Part shown: piece after piece, positions 41,501 through 51,465 of the stretch
Position numbering within the stretch: position 1 is the stretch's first letter
Layout of the letters: the number at the start of each line of letters is the position of its first letter
Virus record (IMG/VR): IMGVR_UViG_3300032050_000004
Span: 124,001 to 188,000 of that record
Length of the DNA stretch: 64,000 bases
Strand: one strand, 5' to 3'
Position numbers and translations under genes: made by a program
Notes under the pieces: model-generated
Told to the model about the DNA's origin: nothing
The model's input: only the letters and a program-made list of their open reading frames with translations
The model's database searches: none

Positions 41501-41908
41501 TCCTTTATAATAATATCCTTCAGTAAATGATCTATAAATTAATTTATTTAAATTTACATACCCTTCCTGATTTTTTATAATAATAGATTGATGAGTATTT
41601 TTGGCTGAATTATCAATACTTTCAGCTTCTTCTTTCGGTATATTTTTATCTAAATTATCATTTAAATAAGCTTCCATACCGAGAATAGGTTTTATTCCAG
41701 CAGATTTACACTTTTGAAAATGTGTCAACCAACCAGAAGCATTACCATGGTCCAATATTGTGATTGCTGGATGATTAAATTCTTTAGCTAATTTTACGTA
41801 ATTAGCTGATTTTGAAGCTCCATCTAAAGTTGAAAAATCAGTGTGTAAATGTAAATGCACCATCGGACGGTGCTTGCATCTTGGATTATTACAACTGCAA
41901 TTTGGCAT
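38498..41908 (-). CDS. dnaE: DNA polymerase III alpha subunit (family C)
   Basis: PHP domain HLHLHTDFSTLDG, GPGRGSAAGSL, FERFLNPER.SMPDIDTDF, KHAAGIVI, LKLDRL, and YRPGPM. Confidence 0.96.
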   Translation of the reverse strand: MPNCSCNNPRCKHRPMVHLHLHTDFSTLDGASKSANYVKLAKEFNHPAITILDHGNASGWLTHFQKCKSAGIKPILGMEAYLNDNLDKNIPKEEAESIDNSAKNTHQSIIIKNQEGYVNLNKLIYRSFTEGYYYKGRITTEWLIENKKGLIVTSSCMASKFARLISEGKEKEAEERILLFKREFGDDFYAELQFNEIEEQKIYNKFILKMIKKHDLQPILTGDVHYAMPEDNRLQDILIAINQSQPVGRAFSLQARELYYTNFENFHEMNKRLGFNYPEHYVDFCLDNTLKVAEKCNFEFEMTDDKYPKYEPTPDVIKYFKTDNTIEIIQKLSKAKLKQKLKDYEKTGVVKIDYEKEKIYYDRLDYELKVIEDKKVLDYFLVVWELIRFCKDNDIATGPGRGSAAGSLLSWCLDITKIDPVRFDLYFERFLNPERKSMPDIDTDFEAGTDEKTLNFLYGKYGKERVVPVITFGTFNEKGCIKDVARALGQDTGFESDIFAVTKEMPTKWDSSLEEWLIHWPNDPMCSDRVRKWILDPHNKEVIDNTLKLQGQLRNLGKHAAGIVITPGPIWESMPVNICKGQIVSGFQESGNAKDLSSIGILKLDRLKLETLNVIKDCIKYIRERHGDEIGDKVQLEVDYVNLEDKNLYDELRLGFNQGIFQFESEGMNAMLKSMKCENFDELVAANALYRPGPMGIKAHEEFIKNKFEPEKRTYAHSILAPLLEKTNGVLIYQEQLMFIANQIGGMSLGEGDNLRKAMDGAGKIISKKLEGKELSNDEENNKNYKSYKDLWKKFIDGAIAKGLSVEDVEKIESWLIKYLGYSFNLSHSLSYSYVAAQTLFLKHYYPTEFYCALLNHPKTGNDDEKNKAWLNSALLSAMSKGIKIVPPNRKSNWDWTIIEDKIIAMGYSSINGMGEIAFKELKNNRVELMDKEMFFSTKWSKFNKTNFESCLKAGLFDDWSNSREELIEMKQIKYKQSNQLDMFTNDVDTVLTVAERKFKNKDFEKTTDQIRYDQFLEICSLDLNLLNKIASVKEQFMKATGLNIDSALNFEDTNKFYYFMINHIEKKTAQWDGSNYYVLTISDGAATKKVTMNNDLYERMRLILETNCFYVTKFFKNKKGFLNFTNSAPFRKIIV

Positions 41909-41935
41909 AATTATATTTAAATATCAATGGACTTT

Positions 41936-41943
41936 CAAAGATA
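41936..41943 (-). promoter_or_regulatory. Bacteroidota primary-sigma -7 element (TATCTTTG)
   Basis: Exact TAnnTTTG match 27 nt upstream of the dnaE ATG. Confidence 0.55.
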
Positions 41944-42005
41944 CAATAAAATTATAATTTTTTCTATTTTTTTAAAATAAAAATATTTATTATAAAACTA
42001 TTTTA

Positions 42006-43703
42006 ATGCCAATTCCCCCAAATAAAATAAAATACAGCACTTCTCAAGTAAATAATGCAGTTAAGGCTAAAAATTTTGCACTGGGAATTAATTCTCTTGC
42101 AGCATACGGTCCAACTAGCTCAACAGGTTTTTGGAATGGCATAACTCCAAAAGCTAGTGGATATACTATTTATGTTAATAAAATTTCTCAAGGACCATCA
42201 ATATTTTGTCCGGGAAATGATTTAGAATTTATTACACTGACAAATTATATATCAGGAATTAATCATACAACATTTAGCCAAGCTGCAGCTTGGTATGTTG
42301 GACAATCAGATATAATATGTGTCAATAAAGATTATCCAGACATAGTAACAAACGGATTAAGATTAATGGTTGATTCTAATTTTTTACCCTCATACTGTGG
42401 AAGCGGAACAACTTGGACTGATTTAAGTTATAGTGGATTCAATGTTACTTTATTAAACTCTCCAACATATGTTTTATCAGGTAGAAGTTCATATATAAAT
42501 TTTGCTTCTTCAAGTAGTAATTATGCAACTTTTAATGATTTAGGTAATTTAAATAATTTTACAGTTGAAGTTTGGGCTAAACAAAATTCTACTCCTGTTT
42601 CAAATGCTTATCCTACATTTATAACTAATACTTTTCCCGGACCTTCAGGAAATTATGTAAATTATGCTATAGGATATTTAAATGCTCCTTGGGATGGTAA
42701 AATATATGGAGGATTTTTTAATGGATCTTGGCAATTACCATCAGCTGGCTTTACACCCACAACAGACCAATGGTATCATTATTCAGTAACCTATAATGGC
42801 TCACAATTATTTTTTTATGTTGATGGTAAATATTATTCTTCCGCATCAACTTTGACAACCGCCCTATCTTCTGGTGCCGGTGGTAGATTAATGAGAAGAT
42901 GGGATACTACAGATTATATTGATGGTAATTTGTTAAATTCTAAAATTTATAATAGATCTTTAAATTCAACAGAAATTCTACAGAACTATAATGCTCATGC
43001 AGTTCCAGTTGGAGTTGAAACTAATGGATTAATTCTTAATCTAGATGCAGGTAATGTTTTATCTTACCCTCAAATCGGAACATTATGGAAAAGCACAGTT
43101 TCATCTGTTCAGAATAATGGTACTTTGACAAATGGGCCAACATTTAATTTATCTAATGGTGGAAGCATTGTATTTGATGGTGCAAATGATTATGTTTCAT
43201 TACCAGCAAACTTTTTCAACCACGATGCGGGAACACCTTTTAGTGTATCTATTTGGTTTAAAACAACTACAGCTGGAGGAACTTTATTTGGACAACAAAA
43301 TACAACAAACCCTTCTTCTGCCTCGGGTTATGTTCCTGCTATCTATATTAATTCTTCTGGAAAAATAGTTACATCTTGTTTTTGGGGTGGATCAGTATCA
43401 AATTCAACAACTTCAGTTACTTCTGTTAATGATGGTAATTGGCATAATATTGTTGTAACATTCGCATCAACATCACATAAAACATATTTAGATAATAATT
43501 TGATTGGTACTATTTCTAAAACACAAAATAATTATTCAGCGACTTATTATTATTTTTTAGGAGCAGGCTATAGTGCAGCTTGGACAGGTGCTAATGGTTT
43601 TTATTTCAATGGAAATATAGCTTATGCTTCATTTTATAATACTGAATTAACATCAACACAAGTTAATCAAAATTATCAATCACTAAATTATAGATTTATA
43701 TAA
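42006..43703 (+). CDS. Tandem LamG/concanavalin-A-like domain virion protein
   Basis: Two copies of the NGL.L.LDA...SY..GT.W / FTVEVW / WYHYSVTY / YNR.L..TEI.QNY domain. Confidence 0.85.
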   Translation: MPIPPNKIKYSTSQVNNAVKAKNFALGINSLAAYGPTSSTGFWNGITPKASGYTIYVNKISQGPSIFCPGNDLEFITLTNYISGINHTTFSQAAAWYVGQSDIICVNKDYPDIVTNGLRLMVDSNFLPSYCGSGTTWTDLSYSGFNVTLLNSPTYVLSGRSSYINFASSSSNYATFNDLGNLNNFTVEVWAKQNSTPVSNAYPTFITNTFPGPSGNYVNYAIGYLNAPWDGKIYGGFFNGSWQLPSAGFTPTTDQWYHYSVTYNGSQLFFYVDGKYYSSASTLTTALSSGAGGRLMRRWDTTDYIDGNLLNSKIYNRSLNSTEILQNYNAHAVPVGVETNGLILNLDAGNVLSYPQIGTLWKSTVSSVQNNGTLTNGPTFNLSNGGSIVFDGANDYVSLPANFFNHDAGTPFSVSIWFKTTTAGGTLFGQQNTTNPSSASGYVPAIYINSSGKIVTSCFWGGSVSNSTTSVTSVNDGNWHNIVVTFASTSHKTYLDNNLIGTISKTQNNYSATYYYFLGAGYSAAWTGANGFYFNGNIAYASFYNTELTSTQVNQNYQSLNYRFI

Positions 43704-43957
43704 TGGAAAATAGAAATTATTTAATAATAAATGTTTCAGAGTTAAATAAGATTGATTTTGAACAAATTTGTGAAAATTCAATAGATACATTAAGATATAG
43801 TTCTGATGGTTCTAAAACTTTTATAAAATGGGAAAATAATCAAGAACCTGATTTTATATCTGCATTAATAACAAAAGAAGGCCCTTATAATCAGATACAG
43901 ATTTTGGAAATACTTTCATCAGATGAATGGATTTCAAAACAAGGAACAATGAATTAA
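43703..43957 (+). CDS. Small hypothetical protein coupled to the LamG gene
   Basis: 84 aa; start overlaps the previous stop (TAATG). Confidence 0.7.
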   Translation: MENRNYLIINVSELNKIDFEQICENSIDTLRYSSDGSKTFIKWENNQEPDFISALITKEGPYNQIQILEILSSDEWISKQGTMN

Positions 43958-44010
43958 AATTTCCTTTTTTAGTATTATTTCTATATTTATTTTAAAGTTT
44001 TACAACTAAT

Positions 44011-47000
44011 ATGTCAGATATTTCAAATCAACTTATTAAAGATTCATTTAATTATGTATTACAATCTGATTTGGATACTGGTATTGTTTATAGAATTGGT
44101 GGTGACATTCCAGAAAACCCTCAATTTACATCAGGACTGACGGTTTCAAATGGTTTTAAATTCGAAGATTCCCCACAAGATGGTTATTTTCTTAAATCTG
44201 ATGCTTTCGGAAATGCTTCTTGGGCATTAGTAACAGGATCAGGTACTTCTGGATCAGCTGGTTCGTCAGGAAGAAACGGAAGTTCAGGCTCATCAGGAAG
44301 TTCTGGAATAAATGGTAGTTCAGGTTCTTCGGGCATAAATGGTAGCTCTGGTTCGTCTGGAACGTCTGGTACAAATGGAAGTTCCGGGAGTCGAGGTTCT
44401 AGCGGTAGTTCTGGTTCTTCTGGCTCATCTGGAACATCAGGTATCAATGGTCTTGATGGTTCTAATAGCTTAAGATGGTTTTATAGAACTGATCTAGAAG
44501 CTCCAAATAACCCCGGAAACCAAAATTTTATACTAAATGAAGTCAAGTTTAGTACTGTAACTAGAATTAGCATAAGTACACTAGATATAAACTCGAATGA
44601 TTCATATGATTGGTTAGAGACTATTGATGTTTTAAAAAGGGTTACAGGAAACTTAGTTTATTTTAAAATTACGAATGTCACAAATCCATCAAATTATGGA
44701 TTATACACAATTGCTGGCTCTACAGATCATGGAACTTATTTTGATTTTGATCTTACTTTAATAAATAGCGATTTAAGTACCATACAAGGAGAACAATTCT
44801 CTATATCATATGTATTTAATGGATTAAATGGTACTTCAGGAACTTCGGGGGAATCTGGAAGTTCTGGATCTTCTGGTGTATCAGGAACTGATGGTTCAGC
44901 TGGAACTTCTGGTACTTCTGGTACTTCTGGCAACAACGGAAATGATGGAACATCTGGTTCATCAGGAATAAATGGTAGCTCTGGAATAAACGGAAGTTCT
45001 GGTATAAATGGTAGTTCTGGAGTTAATGGTAGTTCAGGTTCATCAGGAGGAGCAGGATTAAGTGGAAGTTCTGGATCATCTGGTGCAAACGGAAGTTCTG
45101 GTTCATCAGGTATTTCTGGAGAATCTGGTTCATCTGGTAGTTCTGGTACATCAGGATCATCTGGTACAGGTTTTACTGCCATTCAAAGTCCTGCTAATTA
45201 TAGAGTATTAGTATCTGATAACACAACAGATACTGCAATTGCTCAATCTGGACTTACATATGATGGTCAACAATTATATATTTCTGGCAATACATTTATT
45301 ACAGGCACAATTTCAGCTACAACTTTTTATAGTTTAGTAGGTGATATAGAAAATTATGTCACAGTTGGTCTCAGTGGTAGTAATGTAGATTTTAATTCAA
45401 TAAAATTAGCAGTCGATAGTATTACTGGAGCAACTGAAGATAATCCATGGGAAGTTAGAGTTTATCCGGGCTTGTACTACGAAGATCCAATTATTATGAA
45501 ATCTTGGATCACAGTAAGAGGAAGCAATAGTACTGCAACAATTGTAGAAGCAAGTAATTCTGCGAATACAGTTTTTTTCATGGCAGATCAATCTATGATT
45601 TCAGACATGCAAATTCAAGGTTCTACTGCTTCTGGAACATCTGCTATCATATATTCTTCTTCGACCACTCCACAATTAAATGCAATTTCATATGTAGAAA
45701 ACGTCAGATTCGGCGAAAACTACACACACGCTAAAACAGTCGGTACTGGTGGTGGAAATTGCATAATGCAATGTTCTAATGTAAAATATGGTGGTTATCC
45801 TTTTACTATCGGCTTTGTAGTAACAAATGACGGTACTGGTATTGGCAGAATGCAACTAAGAAACGTCACTTCAACTAATGGTGGTGTAACTACTACAACA
45901 GGATTGATTTTTGCAAAAGCTGATGCACCAAGCTGTGCTTTTATTGTTAATGGTTGTTTATTAACAAAAGCTGTCGGTGCTGCAGCTGGTACCGGTTTCT
46001 GGGTTGAAAATGGAGCTTCTTTAAGATTGACTGCTGTAAATTTCCAAAGATGGGCTACAGCTATTTATGCTCCTAATACAGGATCATCCCCTAGTATATA
46101 TGGAAGTGCTTTAAATTTTGAAAATAACACAAAGGATATAATTGTAGAACATCCTTCAGCAACTGGACATATAGATGGAGCTGATACATTTTTAAAAACC
46201 GAAATACCAATTAATGCTCCTTTATACGAAGTTAATCAAGACCCAAAAAGAATTATAGTTGCAAAAAAAGGAGGAGATTTTTCATCTATTAAATCTGCTG
46301 TAGATTGGATTACAGGAAGTTCTAGCAGTAATAGGTTTGTGGTTTCTGTCGGTCCGGGTGAGTTTTTTGAAAATGAAATTGATCTTACATCTAAACCTTA
46401 TGTCAGTATTGTAGGTAGCAACATACAAACCACACAAATTTTTCCTAATTCTACTTCACAGCATATTATAAAATTAGGAATAAATAATGAAATATCTTTT
46501 TTAAGTTTATCAGGTGCTGGTTCTAGTTATTCTGCTATATATGTTGACGATATAGGGGATTTTGCACAAGCTCACAAAATTTCTGTTTACGATTGTGATA
46601 TAGGTGTATGGGTAAAATCTTCCACCCAAGACACAAAATTCTATGGTGAATACATGGATTTTAATGGAGATTTTACCTATGGAGTTCGTGTAGATGCGAC
46701 AAATTCATTTTCGGCATTAGCCAATATGGAAAACTATTATCTTTTTCCAACCTATGATAATGTGATTGGTAATAGTGCAGATGGTTTAGGTGCAAGACTT
46801 AATTTATACACAGGTGAATTTGAAGGTGCTCAATTGACTGGTTCTACAGCAATAAAACTTTCAGATCAAGCTGAACTTGAAGCTGGCAATTTAGATATTC
46901 AAGATTGGAATAAGTCGTTTGAAATTCCTAATTCCGGTGGTGGTCCAGTTGCTAGGATTGTAGGTTCAATGATTCACAATTCTATCACCTACGATATTGA

Positions 47001-48276
47001 AATTCTAAACCCTGCTGCATCCTTTAGATATCAAGGTATATCTGATCATACTAAAATATATAATGTAAGCAATAATGTGTTTTGGAATTTTCTTGATGAT
47101 GTAGATGGGGAAAATGATATTACAAGAAAAATATCAGTTACATTTTCAGATGGAACACATACGGATGCTTCAACATTAATTTTTCAAAGTAGTTCAATGG
47201 GCCTTCTAAACGGAGGTACAATTACAATAGTTAGTGGTTTAACAATAAACACCACATCAGGGTTTGGATATGTAGCAGATCAAATTGATAATAGTATTAT
47301 AAAAAGATATGATTGGAATAATAATCAAATAACATTGTCTGCAAATACAAATAATTATATTTATATTTCCAATAATGGTTCTTTAGTCGCTAATTCTGGA
47401 TTACCTGATCCATTCTATAGTATAATAATGGGTAGAGTTGTTACAAATTCAACAGGCATTGAATTAATTGATCAATCACCATATAATGCACAACATACAG
47501 CAAATTTATTATCTTCATTTAACAGGCAAGCACTTGGCCCAGTATTTTCAACTGGTTCAATTGTAACTACTGGAACTACAGCATTTACATTGGATGTTAG
47601 TACAGGAAACTATTGGTTATCAGAAAATAATTTTTTACCTACAGGTGGAACATCAATAAATTTTACTCAGTATTGGAATAATGGATCAGGATTCACAACA
47701 AGTGCTACAACATATGTTAATAGTAGTCAATTCAATCCAAATCAAAATTCACTATCTTCTCTTACAAGCTCTTATTACACAAAACATACTTTGTATGTAG
47801 TTGGCGATGGAATAAATGAAGAATATTTTTTAGTTCTTGGTCAAAACGAGTATGCTACTTTAATTGAAACAGAAGACGCACCTTTACCTATACCTCCCGA
47901 TTTTTTTACAGATGGTGTAGTTTCTATAGCATCAATTTATATTAAAGATGGTGAATCAGGAATTGTTCAAATTGAAGATATAAGACCTGTAATTGGTTTT
48001 AAATCCAGTGGTGTAAATGCCACATCAGTTCATGGAAATCTTTTAGGTCTTACATCAGATGATCATCAACAATACATTTTAGTTGATGGTGGTAGGCAGA
48101 TGACAGGAGATCTTGGAATTGGTGGCTTTGATATATATAATATAAATCAAATAACTTCTACTGGCATTACAACAAACACACTTAATGTAGCTAATTTATC
48201 TAATGATGAATCTCTAACGAGATATGTTGTTGTAGATGTTTCTGGAAACACATTTTATAAAAACGAAGGTCAGTAA
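44011..48276 (+). CDS. Tail fibre/spike with collagen-like G-S-S repeats and two pectin-lyase-like regions
   Basis: Two (G-X-S)n blocks; duplicated DFxSIKxAVDxITG....xVxVxPGxxxE beta-helix caps. Confidence 0.75.
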   Translation: MSDISNQLIKDSFNYVLQSDLDTGIVYRIGGDIPENPQFTSGLTVSNGFKFEDSPQDGYFLKSDAFGNASWALVTGSGTSGSAGSSGRNGSSGSSGSSGINGSSGSSGINGSSGSSGTSGTNGSSGSRGSSGSSGSSGSSGTSGINGLDGSNSLRWFYRTDLEAPNNPGNQNFILNEVKFSTVTRISISTLDINSNDSYDWLETIDVLKRVTGNLVYFKITNVTNPSNYGLYTIAGSTDHGTYFDFDLTLINSDLSTIQGEQFSISYVFNGLNGTSGTSGESGSSGSSGVSGTDGSAGTSGTSGTSGNNGNDGTSGSSGINGSSGINGSSGINGSSGVNGSSGSSGGAGLSGSSGSSGANGSSGSSGISGESGSSGSSGTSGSSGTGFTAIQSPANYRVLVSDNTTDTAIAQSGLTYDGQQLYISGNTFITGTISATTFYSLVGDIENYVTVGLSGSNVDFNSIKLAVDSITGATEDNPWEVRVYPGLYYEDPIIMKSWITVRGSNSTATIVEASNSANTVFFMADQSMISDMQIQGSTASGTSAIIYSSSTTPQLNAISYVENVRFGENYTHAKTVGTGGGNCIMQCSNVKYGGYPFTIGFVVTNDGTGIGRMQLRNVTSTNGGVTTTTGLIFAKADAPSCAFIVNGCLLTKAVGAAAGTGFWVENGASLRLTAVNFQRWATAIYAPNTGSSPSIYGSALNFENNTKDIIVEHPSATGHIDGADTFLKTEIPINAPLYEVNQDPKRIIVAKKGGDFSSIKSAVDWITGSSSSNRFVVSVGPGEFFENEIDLTSKPYVSIVGSNIQTTQIFPNSTSQHIIKLGINNEISFLSLSGAGSSYSAIYVDDIGDFAQAHKISVYDCDIGVWVKSSTQDTKFYGEYMDFNGDFTYGVRVDATNSFSALANMENYYLFPTYDNVIGNSADGLGARLNLYTGEFEGAQLTGSTAIKLSDQAELEAGNLDIQDWNKSFEIPNSGGGPVARIVGSMIHNSITYDIEILNPAASFRYQGISDHTKIYNVSNNVFWNFLDDVDGENDITRKISVTFSDGTHTDASTLIFQSSSMGLLNGGTITIVSGLTINTTSGFGYVADQIDNSIIKRYDWNNNQITLSANTNNYIYISNNGSLVANSGLPDPFYSIIMGRVVTNSTGIELIDQSPYNAQHTANLLSSFNRQALGPVFSTGSIVTTGTTAFTLDVSTGNYWLSENNFLPTGGTSINFTQYWNNGSGFTTSATTYVNSSQFNPNQNSLSSLTSSYYTKHTLYVVGDGINEEYFLVLGQNEYATLIETEDAPLPIPPDFFTDGVVSIASIYIKDGESGIVQIEDIRPVIGFKSSGVNATSVHGNLLGLTSDDHQQYILVDGGRQMTGDLGIGGFDIYNINQITSTGITTNTLNVANLSNDESLTRYVVVDVSGNTFYKNEGQ

Positions 48277-48924
48277 GGTGTATCTGGTTCTTCAGGTAGT
48301 TCGGGAAGTTCTGGTCAAAGTGGTAGCTCAGGTTCTTCTGGTAGTTCTGGATTTGATGGTAGTTCTGGATCTTCTGGTATATCTGGAAGTTCTGGAAGTT
48401 CTGGCGAAAGTGGTAGCTCTGGAACTTCAGGGTTTTCAGGTTCATCTGGTTCTTCTGGTGAATCAGGTAGTTCAGGATCATCTGGTCAATCTGGAAGTTC
48501 AGGTTCATCAGGATCTTCAGGAGCAGCAGGAACTTCAGGTAGTTCCGGAACAAGTTCAACCAATATAGATACTTTAAGCTTTACAGTAGACACTGGTGGT
48601 GCAGCAACAATAAGTTCAGGACTTAAATCTTTCGTCTATTTACCTTATAGCGGTACAATTCTGTCTTGGACTATATTATCAAACAATTCAGGAAGTACCG
48701 AAATTGATATTTATAAAACAGATTATGCAAATTATCCACCTACATCAGGAGATACTATAATAAATTCAGGTTACCCAAATTTGAACAACAATATAAAAAA
48801 TCAAAGTTCGAATTTATCCGGATGGAATTCAACAACATTCAATGAAGATGAAATTCTTGGTTTTTATGTAGTTTCAGCACAAACTTTAACAAGAGTACAA
48901 TTAATTTTAAAAATTCAAAAATAA
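48277..48924 (+). other. In-frame continuation (215 codons, no ATG) of the fibre gene beyond a single TAA
   Basis: GGT CAG TAA GGT GTA TCT GGT TCT TCA...; about 30 G-X-X triplets then a globular domain, ending 1 nt before the next ATG. Confidence 0.85.
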
Positions 48925-48925
48925 A

Positions 48926-51304
48926 ATGGCAAAAGTAGCAGTAGAACATATTTTTACAGGATCGACCACAGGTATAACAACCTACAATTCTGATTATACA
49001 ATGATAGGTTCATTGTACAAACAATTTACAGGAGCAACCGCTCAAGATAATTACATAAGTCTATTGCCAACAAGTATGGTAAATATAACTGATGTAGCAG
49101 GTTCCACATATGCATATCCATATGTTCACAAATGGTCGGATAATATATTCTGGGTTTTTATGGCAACCACAGTTACTGCAGCCGCAACGAGACAATTCGG
49201 TTTATTTGAATATGACCTAAATGCCAACACAACAACTTGGAAAGGTTTTATAACATTGCAAGGAACACAACTTGGCGGTAGTAAAACCGTAAGAGGGTTT
49301 AGGACTTATGTCTATGAAACAACAGGCGGAACAGTATCGGCAACCACATCTTCAACCATAACAGGGTCAGGAACAGCTTTTCAAACTGACAGGATTGCTG
49401 TCGGTGCAAGAATTGGATTCGGTTCAACCGACCCAACTCAAATATCCACTTGGTATGAAATTACAGCAATTGCCTCAGACACAAGTTTAACCATAGGCAA
49501 TACTGTTACAGTATCCGCAGGCTCATCTTATGTCATAGAGGAAATCAGGCTTTATTTTTTACAAACAAATGCAACTATAAACAATGGTGGATTATATATA
49601 ATAAAGGGTCTAAATTATTCAACATTCGCACTAGGTGGAAACAATATAACTGAATCAACAACAACAGACAACATAAGGGCTTCATATCTATTGAAAGATT
49701 TTACACCTTCTACCGTAACTATATCTCAAGCTTCTCCGGGTGTTGTTACATTAGTTAGTCACGGATTGAGGCTGAATGATGCCGTTTTTTTTACAACCAC
49801 AGGTGCCCTCCCAACGGGATTTGTTGCGAACACTACATATTATGTGACTTCAACTTCATTGGCTGCAAATACTTTTACGCTTTCTGCAACGATAAATGGA
49901 GCACCTATTAATACAAGTACCGCAGGTTCCGGTGTCCATACTTTGCATTCAGCCATGAGTGTTTTAGGTGGTGGAATAGGTATGGATGAACCTGTAAGTG
50001 CAACAGAACATAATGTTTATTTATTGAATTCAGAAGTAACAAACACAACCGCCAGACTTGTAAAATACAACGTTAAAGCTTCATTGACTCCAGCAAGTGC
50101 CAATGGAGCAACTGGGGCATTGTCATTGAGAACTACTCCGCTATTAGTTACAGGTACAATTTCACTATTGAACAACGGTAGGATAGTGGCAGTTCAACAT
50201 GGATCCGCTTCAGGTATAAAAAGTTTTTATTTTGCAACCACAACGAGAATTTACAGATGTACGGAATCAACAATTTTAGACAACTCTTCATCGTTTCTGA
50301 GTGATCAAATGATTGAGATTCCACCCGGAGGTCTTGCAAACGCCGCCTATAATTTATTGTCATCAATGGCTTCGGTTGATTATTCATCTACATTGGACAG
50401 GCTTTTGATTACCACGACTACACAAAGGTTTGGGGTTTACGCAGCTCAATACAACACAAGCGGAACACTTCCTTTTGACAAGATATTTGCCGCTAACTTA
50501 AACCGATACAAATTGGGTTATACACCTGTAGGTACCGTTGACGGATTATTCCCACAAGCGACTTTGACACTTTGGAGTGAAGCAGGCTTGTTTTTTGCCG
50601 CACCTGTAACAACCACCTCGGGTTTAAATTGGCTTTTGATTTTCCCCGGGGGTGGTGATGGGTATTTTGCCACATATTCGAATGAAAGGGTAATTACACC
50701 AAAAATGGCAACTCCTAATGCTTCGAAACTTTATCGTGCATATGTTGAAAACTCGGATTATTTGGGAACTTATCAATTGGGCTTCCCGCCTGACCCATTC
50801 AGGATTTTTTTCAGAACTGCAGGTATAGACGATAACACTGGTTCATGGACCGAAGTTCCTGAAAGCGGTGATTTGAGTTCGTTCTCGCCATCTACACACA
50901 TACAGTTCATGCTGGAACTTGACACCTTGGGTGAAGCATGTGCCCCTACAAGGATATATGCTGTCACTTGCCTGTATGACGATTCTTCAACAGATGTGCA
51001 TTATCAACCATCAATAAAATATTCAGATTACGTTAATAAGAGATTTGCTTGGTGGTTTGCGTTAGCTTGGGGTTCAACTGTTCCAACTTTAAGAGTCAGG
51101 CTATACGATGCAGTGACCAACAATTTACTGGTTGATGACAACACCGGTTCTCCAACAGGAACTTTTGAAAAATCAACTGATGGCGGTTCTACTTGGAGTT
51201 CATATGACAATACGGACCGAGCAAATACTACAACATATATAAGATATACACCTGCTTCTCTAGGTGACAATATCAAAGTTAAATTCATTCTAACACAAAA
51301 TTAA
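48926..51304 (+). CDS. Thr/Ser/Gly-rich virion structural or fibre protein
   Basis: 792 aa, beta-rich, with a SPGVVT..HGL..D.V.FTTTGALPTG insert typical of fibre modules. Confidence 0.65.
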   Translation: MAKVAVEHIFTGSTTGITTYNSDYTMIGSLYKQFTGATAQDNYISLLPTSMVNITDVAGSTYAYPYVHKWSDNIFWVFMATTVTAAATRQFGLFEYDLNANTTTWKGFITLQGTQLGGSKTVRGFRTYVYETTGGTVSATTSSTITGSGTAFQTDRIAVGARIGFGSTDPTQISTWYEITAIASDTSLTIGNTVTVSAGSSYVIEEIRLYFLQTNATINNGGLYIIKGLNYSTFALGGNNITESTTTDNIRASYLLKDFTPSTVTISQASPGVVTLVSHGLRLNDAVFFTTTGALPTGFVANTTYYVTSTSLAANTFTLSATINGAPINTSTAGSGVHTLHSAMSVLGGGIGMDEPVSATEHNVYLLNSEVTNTTARLVKYNVKASLTPASANGATGALSLRTTPLLVTGTISLLNNGRIVAVQHGSASGIKSFYFATTTRIYRCTESTILDNSSSFLSDQMIEIPPGGLANAAYNLLSSMASVDYSSTLDRLLITTTTQRFGVYAAQYNTSGTLPFDKIFAANLNRYKLGYTPVGTVDGLFPQATLTLWSEAGLFFAAPVTTTSGLNWLLIFPGGGDGYFATYSNERVITPKMATPNASKLYRAYVENSDYLGTYQLGFPPDPFRIFFRTAGIDDNTGSWTEVPESGDLSSFSPSTHIQFMLELDTLGEACAPTRIYAVTCLYDDSSTDVHYQPSIKYSDYVNKRFAWWFALAWGSTVPTLRVRLYDAVTNNLLVDDNTGSPTGTFEKSTDGGSTWSSYDNTDRANTTTYIRYTPASLGDNIKVKFILTQN

Positions 51305-51306
51305 AA

Positions 51307-51462
51307 ATGGCACTTGAAGATATTCTGGTTATGGAGGGGGACATAGCTGAACCAATAGAGGAAATAGGTCCCGGAACCCTAAATCAACCATTAGATCAGT
51401 TAACTGATGTAATGACGTTGAATGAACTCACTTTAGTTCTAGAGGCGAGTTTTTCCAGTTAA
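51307..51462 (+). CDS. Small acidic protein (51 aa), below the ORF-track cutoff
   Basis: MALEDILVMEGDIAEPIEEIGPG...SFSS*; starts 2 nt after the previous stop and fills the gap. Confidence 0.6.
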   Translation: MALEDILVMEGDIAEPIEEIGPGTLNQPLDQLTDVMTLNELTLVLEASFSS

Positions 51463-51465
51463 ATT

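Noticed and set aside
44184-48568. Pro/Glu-rich minus-strand ORFs and the 48236..48568 plus-strand ORF
   Set aside because: They are alternative-frame readings of the G-S-S repeats; the real coding frame continues in frame with 44011.
42006-51304. Diversity-generating retroelement acting on fibre genes
   Set aside because: No reverse transcriptase and no template/variable repeat pair differing at adenines was seen in this window.
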